Assembly (NCBI GenBank): GCA_965206595.1
Contig: OZ242214.1
Location: 3,328,001-3,392,000, forward strand
Direction: 5' to 3'
Length of the DNA stretch: 64,000 bases
DNA from: Candidatus Latescibacterota bacterium
Lineage (GTDB): Bacteria; Latescibacterota; UBA2968; UBA8231
Part shown: positions 57,975-64,000 of the stretch, one piece after another
Layout: every line of letters begins with the position of its first letter
Position numbering within the stretch: position 1 is the first letter of the stretch
The notes under the pieces: model-generated
Told to the model about the DNA's origin: nothing
What the model saw: only the letters and a program-made list of their open reading frames with translations
Databases searched by the model: none
Translations under genes and position numbers: made by a program

Positions 57975-59756
57975 TCAGATGACCTTGGCCGCTGCTTCCG
58001 CTTCCCGGTCGCGGTCCTCCGCAGAACTCACCGGCGCTACGCGGACGACGTTCTCGGGATCGTAGTCGAGCAGCTTGAGCCAGTCCTCGACGCTGTCGGT
58101 GGGGGGAAAGACCTCGTTCTCGCGGTACTCGGAGCGGATGGCGTTGGCGAGGTCCTCGGAGCGGATGCCGGCGTCGGCGTCGCTCTCGGCGATGGCGCGC
58201 TTGATCGCCGATTCCTTGGCGCGCTGGACGATGCTGTCGATCAGCGCGCCGCTGGCGAGATCGCCGAAATGCAGGTTTTCCAGCCGGCCGCTGCGCAGGC
58301 CGACCTCGAGGAACCGGGTCTCCTCGCCGCGCGCGAACAGCCCCTTCACCGCCTCATCGATCAGGGCCCGGCGGGCTTCCTCCGCACCGCCGTAGCGCTC
58401 GACCTCGCCCCGGTCGAGCGGCAGGTCCTCGGTGAGGTAGATCCCGAAGATTTCGCGCGAGGCCTCGAAATCCGGGCGCAGGACCTTGATCTTGCGGTCG
58501 ATGCGGCCCGGTCTGAGGATGGCCGGGTCGATGAGGTCGTGCCGGTTGGAAGCGAGAATGATGACGACGTCCTGCAGCGACTCGATGCCGTCCATCTCGG
58601 TGCAGAACATCGGCACCACCGTGTTGGCGATGTGGTGGCTGCGCATCGACCGCCGCGTCCCGAGAATCGATTCCGCCTCGTCGATGAAGACGAAGGGCAG
58701 GAACCCCTCCTTCCGCTTCTGCCGCGCCTGCGCGAAGATCTCCCGGACCATGCGCTCGGTCTCGCCGAGCCACATGTTGAGGATCTCCGGGCCCTTGACG
58801 TGCATGAAGTACTCCCTGACATCAAGGCCCTCTGCGCTGCGCAGGTGCTGCACGAGGTTGTAGGCCGTCGCCTTGCCGATGAGGGTCTTGCCGCAGCCCG
58901 GCGGGCCGTAGAGCAGGAACCCCTTCGGCGCCGAGTAGCGGAACTTTTCGAACAGCTCCGGGTGCCTTGCCGGCAGCTCGATGGTATCGCGGATCCCCCT
59001 AATCGCCTCCTCCTGGCCGCCGATACGGTCCCACGTCATTTCCGGGATTTCCTCGAGGAAGTACTCCCTGCTCTCGCGCGATTGCAGCAGCTCGAGGGCG
59101 ACCCTCGTCGAGGCATCGGTGCGGACCTCGTCCCCCGCCTTGAGCTCGAGGCCGGCGAGCTCCTCGGCGCGTTCGAGAACGAAGTCGCTGGTAGCGTGCT
59201 CGTTGCCGATGCGCAGGCGGCCGTCGGGGAGGACGTCGGTGATTCTCACCACCGGCCCGGCGGGGTTTCTCGGCAGCACCCCGACGACGGCGTACGCCTC
59301 GTTGATCAGAACGCGCCCCCCTACTTTGAGCTCGCGGGGGTCGACGCGCGGGTCGACGTTGGCGAAGTACTCGGAGCCGCTGACGAGGATGGTCGCGATC
59401 CCCTCTCTGGGAGCGCCGATGCAGATGCCGACCCGGTTGGAGGGGGAGGTCACCTTTTCCAGGGCGGCCTCGAGCTCGACCAGGGCGCGCCGCGCCTCCT
59501 GGAAGGTGATCTCGCGATCCATCAGCTGCCGCCGCAGCTGGTAGAGCAGCGGCCGCGACGGGTCGCGGTCCGGCAACAGGATCAGCATCTGGTCGACGAG
59601 GCGCAGCGGCTCTTCGTCGAAGTCGCGCCGCGCCTCCTCCTCCGGGTCGCCGCGCAGGTAGGACTCGAACTCCTCGAACTCGTCGCCGGGCCGTCCCCCG
59701 CCGGCCGGGTCGCCGTCGGGGTCGCCGAAATCCGGGTAGTCGCGATCGCTGTTCAT
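57975..59756 (-). CDS. arc: Proteasome-associated AAA+ ATPase (ARC/Mpa)
   Basis: Coiled coil plus OB region, IELP..HPELF, GPPGCGKT, KGPEILNMW.GE.ER, FIDE, IDPAILRPGR.DRKIK, SGA.I..IV.RAK..AIK. Confidence 0.93.
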   Translation of the reverse strand: MNSDRDYPDFGDPDGDPAGGGRPGDEFEEFESYLRGDPEEEARRDFDEEPLRLVDQMLILLPDRDPSRPLLYQLRRQLMDREITFQEARRALVELEAALEKVTSPSNRVGICIGAPREGIATILVSGSEYFANVDPRVDPRELKVGGRVLINEAYAVVGVLPRNPAGPVVRITDVLPDGRLRIGNEHATSDFVLERAEELAGLELKAGDEVRTDASTRVALELLQSRESREYFLEEIPEMTWDRIGGQEEAIRGIRDTIELPARHPELFEKFRYSAPKGFLLYGPPGCGKTLIGKATAYNLVQHLRSAEGLDVREYFMHVKGPEILNMWLGETERMVREIFAQARQKRKEGFLPFVFIDEAESILGTRRSMRSHHIANTVVPMFCTEMDGIESLQDVVIILASNRHDLIDPAILRPGRIDRKIKVLRPDFEASREIFGIYLTEDLPLDRGEVERYGGAEEARRALIDEAVKGLFARGEETRFLEVGLRSGRLENLHFGDLASGALIDSIVQRAKESAIKRAIAESDADAGIRSEDLANAIRSEYRENEVFPPTDSVEDWLKLLDYDPENVVRVAPVSSAEDRDREAEAAAKVI

Positions 59757-59817
59757 GCGTCCGTCCTCGCCCCTGGGCAGGGCAGCACCGCGGGTGCGGG
59801 GTTTGCCCTTCGCGGCA

Positions 59818-60558
59818 TCAGTGGATGACGTCCCCGAGCCTGTCGTAGCGGGTGCGCGTCGGAAGCGTGGGGAGGTTCCAGATGAAGCTGCCGGTGTCCA
59901 TCAACAGTTGCGGCAGCCCCCGCAGGATTCCGGGACCGCTCTTGAGCGTCGCCGACCAGTAGATGATCATCGCCTTTCCCTTGATGAGGCTGCGCGGTAC
60001 CGGACCAAAGACGCGGCTGTCGCTGCTGTTGTCGCGGTTGTCGCCCATCATGAAAAACTGGTCCTCCGGCACCCGGTAGGGGCCGAAGTTGTCCCGCATG
60101 CTGTAGGAGGCCGGGTGGATGCCGGGGTCGGCGTGTTTCGACATCGGCGGGCTCGGGAAGATCTCGCCGTCGACGTAGAGAACCTTGTCGATTACCTGCA
60201 CGACCTGGCCGCCGACCGCGATGCAACGCTTGATCAGATCCCGCCCCGGCTCGGTCTTGGAGCGGAAGATCACGATGTCCCACGGCTGCGGGTCGCGCAG
60301 GGCGGGCAGCCTGAACAGGGGGGCGGCGACGAAGGGAATCTCGACGGGGGCGCCGTACACGAACTTGTTGGCCAGCAGGTAATCCCCGACGAAGAGGGTG
60401 TCCTCCATCGATCCGGAGGGTATGTAGAAGGCCTGGACCACGGTGCTGCGGATGAGCAGGGCGAGGCCTATGGCGACGACGATCGACGACAGGTACTCCC
60501 GCACACCCGACGGCTGCCGCCGCGGCGGGTCCGACTTCTGCTGGTTGTCAGGAGGCAT
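59818..60558 (-). CDS. lepB: Signal peptidase I
   Basis: TM helix, IPSGSMEDTL..GD, DIVIF, IKRC, MGDNRDNSSDSR.FG.VP...I.GKA. Confidence 0.96.
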   Translation of the reverse strand: MPPDNQQKSDPPRRQPSGVREYLSSIVVAIGLALLIRSTVVQAFYIPSGSMEDTLFVGDYLLANKFVYGAPVEIPFVAAPLFRLPALRDPQPWDIVIFRSKTEPGRDLIKRCIAVGGQVVQVIDKVLYVDGEIFPSPPMSKHADPGIHPASYSMRDNFGPYRVPEDQFFMMGDNRDNSSDSRVFGPVPRSLIKGKAMIIYWSATLKSGPGILRGLPQLLMDTGSFIWNLPTLPTRTRYDRLGDVIH

Positions 60559-60751
60559 TGATCCAGACCTGGAATCCCGTGCAAGTCATTGAGGTGCGGT
60601 ACAGTATACAGAAGGGTAAATGGCCTGTCACCATTCGCACACGACTTCGCGGAATGCCGCGGCCGTCCCGGGATGGGCGCTTGCGCGGCGGGCGGCGGAC
60701 CGCATCGGGGCGAAGCAAGGAGGCCGGCGCATCGGCCCCCGGCAACGGCCG

Positions 60752-61753
60752 CTACTCCCGGCTGGCGACCTCGGCCACCGCTCCCTCCTGCCAGGAGCGG
60801 ATGGCGGCCTCGATGATTTCCTGGGCGGCGAGGCCGTCGTCTCCCGAGGCCTCTATGCGGTCGGGGGCGACCCCCTCGCTCAGCTGCTCGATCCAGCGGT
60901 TGATGCGGGTGTGGAAGGTGTCGCCGAATCCCGTCATTCCCCCCATGATGCTGTTGCGCACCACCGTCAGCTCCTCTCCCCGGCGCGGGTAGAAGGTCAG
61001 CTCCTCGAAACAGTTGTCGAGCACGAACCGCCCCTCCGTCCCCATCACTTCGCAGCGCTCGAGGTTGTGGCGCGGCGCCGCGTCGTAGCTGCCGGTCAGG
61101 TGGCCGACGACGCCGCTTGCGAACTCCATGTTGATCTGGGCGTTCGACCAGCAGACGCGCCCCGGGGCGCGGTTGAGGAAGGCGTGCACCCGCTTCACCT
61201 CGCCGCCGAAGTAGCGCATGATGTCGATCGAGTGCGGGTGCAGGGCCCGCAAGTGGAACCACTCGGAGGTTTCGTTGGGGTTGTCGATCCACATCGTCAT
61301 GTTGAGCAGCAGCAGGTCGCCGAGCCGGCCCTCGTCGATCCAGGCGCGGGCGCGCTCCGCCGGCGGCACGAAGCGGTGGTTGAGGTTGATGCCGAAGCAG
61401 ACCCCCTGCTCCCCGGCCTTTGCGACCATCTCCCTGGCGTGCCCGATGTTGTTGGAGATCGGCTTCTCGCACAGCACGTGCTTGCCCGCGGCGAGCGCCG
61501 CCATCACCGGCTCGTAGTGGTCGCCGCCGTTCTCGAATCCCCCCGTGGCGACGCTGACGGCGTCGAGATCCCCGGACTCGAGCAGCTCCTCCACCGAGTA
61601 GTGCGGCCGGGCCCCGAAGCGCGCCGCGGCCCCGTCGGCTCGCTCCTTCACCATGTCGCAGACGGCGACGAGGTCGGCCTTGTCCGACCGGGCGTAGACC
61701 TCGGCGTGGTTGGTACCTATCCCCCTCATCCCGATCACGGCGACCTTCAGCAT
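60752..61753 (-). CDS. Gfo/Idh/MocA family oxidoreductase
   Basis: KVAVIG..GIG..H, AGKHVLCEKP, N.RF.P, H.ID. Confidence 0.93.
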   Translation of the reverse strand: MLKVAVIGMRGIGTNHAEVYARSDKADLVAVCDMVKERADGAAARFGARPHYSVEELLESGDLDAVSVATGGFENGGDHYEPVMAALAAGKHVLCEKPISNNIGHAREMVAKAGEQGVCFGINLNHRFVPPAERARAWIDEGRLGDLLLLNMTMWIDNPNETSEWFHLRALHPHSIDIMRYFGGEVKRVHAFLNRAPGRVCWSNAQINMEFASGVVGHLTGSYDAAPRHNLERCEVMGTEGRFVLDNCFEELTFYPRRGEELTVVRNSIMGGMTGFGDTFHTRINRWIEQLSEGVAPDRIEASGDDGLAAQEIIEAAIRSWQEGAVAEVASRE

Positions 61754-62853
61754 GATCTATCTCCGGACTGTGGTGTAGTGGATGCATCATCCCGCACCGG
61801 CTGCGGCAACGCCACCCCGAGCTCGCCGGCGACCGCGGTTATCTGCTCCCAGGCCGACTCGTCCACCGGCATGCCGGCGCGCAGGCGCTGCTCGCGCACC
61901 CGGTGCGACTTCTCCCCCGGCAGCATCACCTCGTCGAAACCCTCGGCGGGGGGCGCCGATTTCACCCGCGCCGCGAACTCCCCGACCTCTGCGAGGAACT
62001 CGGTGACGGGAACGAAGGCAGCGACGTTCACCGCAACGATCAACAGCGCGTTTCCCGCCTCGGGCGGGTCTTGACGCGAGCAGCCCGCCCCCGACAGCGC
62101 CCCGGCCAGGATATCGACGGCGACGGCGAGACCGAAGCCCTTGTGGCCGGTGCCGGGAAACCCCAGCGGCAGCAGGGCCCCGCCCGGGGGGCCGTAGAAC
62201 TTCTCCACGTCGGTTGTCGGGGCGCCCTCGGCGTCGATGATGAACCCCTCGGGCACCGGCTCGCCGCGGTTCCGGAAGAGGCGCATCGCCCCGCCCGAGG
62301 TCATGCTGGTGGTCATGTCGAGCAGGATGGGCCACTCGCGGCCGCTGGGAACGGCCACGGCCAGCGGGTTCGTGGGCAGGCGTCTCTCGCCCCCCCCGAA
62401 CGGCGCCGTCGAGTGGTCGCTGCCGTGCCCGTTGCAGAACAGCATCCCGACCAGGTCGCCGGAGGCGGCGATCTGCGCGGCGAAGCGGCCCAGGCGGGCG
62501 ACGTGGTTGCAGCGCCTGACGGTCACCGCGGCGACCGCCCCGTCGCGCGCCTTCGAGGCGGCCAGCTGCGCCGCCCGGTGGGCGGTGACCGGGCCGAAGT
62601 TCCAGTTGCCGCTGACGTGGGCGATCCGGGGGGTCTCGGACAGGATCTCGAAGGGGGCCCCCGGAATCACCTTGCCGCTGCGCACGCTGTCGACGTACTG
62701 CGGGTAGCGCAGAACGCCGTGGCTGTCGTGGCCCAGCAGCCCGGACTCGACCATGTGATCGGCCACGAGCTCCGCCTCTTGCCGGGGGGCGCCAACTGCA
62801 ACGAAGAGGTCTTTTCCGAGCTGGCGCAGATCCCCGGGGGCGAATACCGGCAT
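61747..62853 (-). CDS. Ldh_2 family (malate/L-lactate/L-sulfolactate dehydrogenase-like) oxidoreductase
   Basis: GHDSHG..R...Y, H..RLG.F, TNP.A...P, LD.TTS, G.LLP.G...HKG.GL, V.LPGE. Confidence 0.92.
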   Translation of the reverse strand: MPVFAPGDLRQLGKDLFVAVGAPRQEAELVADHMVESGLLGHDSHGVLRYPQYVDSVRSGKVIPGAPFEILSETPRIAHVSGNWNFGPVTAHRAAQLAASKARDGAVAAVTVRRCNHVARLGRFAAQIAASGDLVGMLFCNGHGSDHSTAPFGGGERRLPTNPLAVAVPSGREWPILLDMTTSMTSGGAMRLFRNRGEPVPEGFIIDAEGAPTTDVEKFYGPPGGALLPLGFPGTGHKGFGLAVAVDILAGALSGAGCSRQDPPEAGNALLIVAVNVAAFVPVTEFLAEVGEFAARVKSAPPAEGFDEVMLPGEKSHRVREQRLRAGMPVDESAWEQITAVAGELGVALPQPVRDDASTTPQSGDRSC

Positions 62854-62854
62854 G

Positions 62855-64000
62855 TTACAGCGACGACAAGGCGGAACCCGGCCTGGTGCCGCTGCCGGCA
62901 GCCTCTTCTTCCGGCCCCTGCGCCACCACAAGGAGGGCGTTGGCGACCTCGCGCTCGCCGGTCTGATCGGAGGGCCTGTTGACGACCTGATTGCCGACCA
63001 CCATGGTCGTCGAGCCGCCGCCGTCGAGGTTGAGGGCGTGGTAGGCGTTGGCGCCCGAGGCGGAAAACCGCGCGAGGTTGTTGGCCATGAAATCGGCGAG
63101 CTCAGCCAGGGACATGCCGACGCTGTACCCGGGCTGGCGGCCGTCGACGGTTACCAGAAAGAGGGTGCGGCCATCCTGCGAATGGCCGACCGCGGTGCGG
63201 GGGTGGCGCTCCTCGGCGAAGCTGCGCCCCAGCTTTTCCCGCTCGTATTCGATCGACGGATAGCCGTCGCGGACGATGCGGGGACCGCCGCCGATCGCTT
63301 CCTCGAGGCGGCTGACCGCCGGGGGCAGCAGGCAGAACAACCCGACGGTGTCCCCGGCGACGATCTCCCCTTCCGGCATGTCCATCGAACCGGCGACCAG
63401 CCACTGGCCGTCGGCGATCTTCAAGGGCCAACCCCGGCGTCTCACCTGCAGCACCCGAGCCCTGACGGTGTCGTTGATGACCGAACTCTCCCCGATGCCC
63501 TGCAGCTCGAACCCGATGTCGGCGCGCACCGAGTCGATCCGGGCCGTGGCGAACCGGTTCATGCAGGAGAGACCTCCGATGCCGGGAGAGCGGTTGAAGA
63601 GCGATATGGGCTGCTGCTTTCCCGAGGGGGTGATAAGGCCGGTGTGGATATCGAACACCGCCACCATCGGCGCCCCTTCCGGAGAAATGGCGAACGCCGA
63701 TTGCCCCCGTGGGGCCGCCACCAACCGCCCGCGACTGATCTGCAGGCCGCTCGGGCTGTCGTCGTAGAAGAAGCCCCCGTTGATTGCGGCGATGGCGCCG
63801 CCGGCCATGTTGCTCGTCCGCGCCAGCCCTGCATCGTCGGCTACCGGCCGCGCCGTGCGCAGGCGGATGCCCGCCTCCCACGCCTTTCGCAGATCGAGCT
63901 CGACGACGTGGATCGACCACGGACCTTCTGTCAGGTGCAGGGCGTGATGATGGACGCCGGTCGCCAGCTCCCTGGCCTTGTCGGCGAGGGGCTGAGGCTG
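62855..64000 (-). CDS. Phosphodiester glycosidase (NAGPA-like) family protein, 5' end beyond window
   Basis: AAINGGFF, GGGP..V.DG, RHPRTAVG, VTVDGRQ..S.G....LA, ALNLDGGGST; the frame stays open to position 64000. Confidence 0.92.
   Translation of the reverse strand, partial: QPQPLADKARELATGVHHHALHLTEGPWSIHVVELDLRKAWEAGIRLRTARPVADDAGLARTSNMAGGAIAAINGGFFYDDSPSGLQISRGRLVAAPRGQSAFAISPEGAPMVAVFDIHTGLITPSGKQQPISLFNRSPGIGGLSCMNRFATARIDSVRADIGFELQGIGESSVINDTVRARVLQVRRRGWPLKIADGQWLVAGSMDMPEGEIVAGDTVGLFCLLPPAVSRLEEAIGGGPRIVRDGYPSIEYEREKLGRSFAEERHPRTAVGHSQDGRTLFLVTVDGRQPGYSVGMSLAELADFMANNLARFSASGANAYHALNLDGGGSTTMVVGNQVVNRPSDQTGEREVANALLVVAQGPEEEAAGSGTRPGSALSSL

Overview
The window has two parts, separated by tRNA-Val(TAC) at 37905-37981. 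The right part (38.3-64 kb) is intact, GC-rich core genome. It carries tyrS, guaA, gatB, lepB, metabolic enzymes, two paralogous secreted M6 metalloproteases and a complete UBact-proteasome locus (arc-dop-ubact-prcB-prcA-pafA). The left part (1-37.8 kb) is a decaying, compositionally mosaic accessory island. It holds three IS elements (IS5, IS701, IS1380), a transposase-free element bounded by 32-bp inverted repeats, defence-type genes (S8 protease, TIR-NTPase, type IIG RM enzyme plus an NDT-like partner, an orphan MTase-fold protein) and six TA-type loci, of which only HigBA still has an intact toxin. The main structure not visible in the ORF track is an integrase-less integron cassette array. 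It has a putative attI (~23408-23470), a family of related attC sites, cassettes whose 10-bp ends are complementary, and one attC/attI hybrid site. C-terminal (S/T)WGR(I/L)K and FlgD-like/CTD motifs plus UBact suggest a diderm FCB-related host such as Latescibacterota or Poribacteria; this is an inference. All family assignments come from motif recognition by eye, not from database searches.
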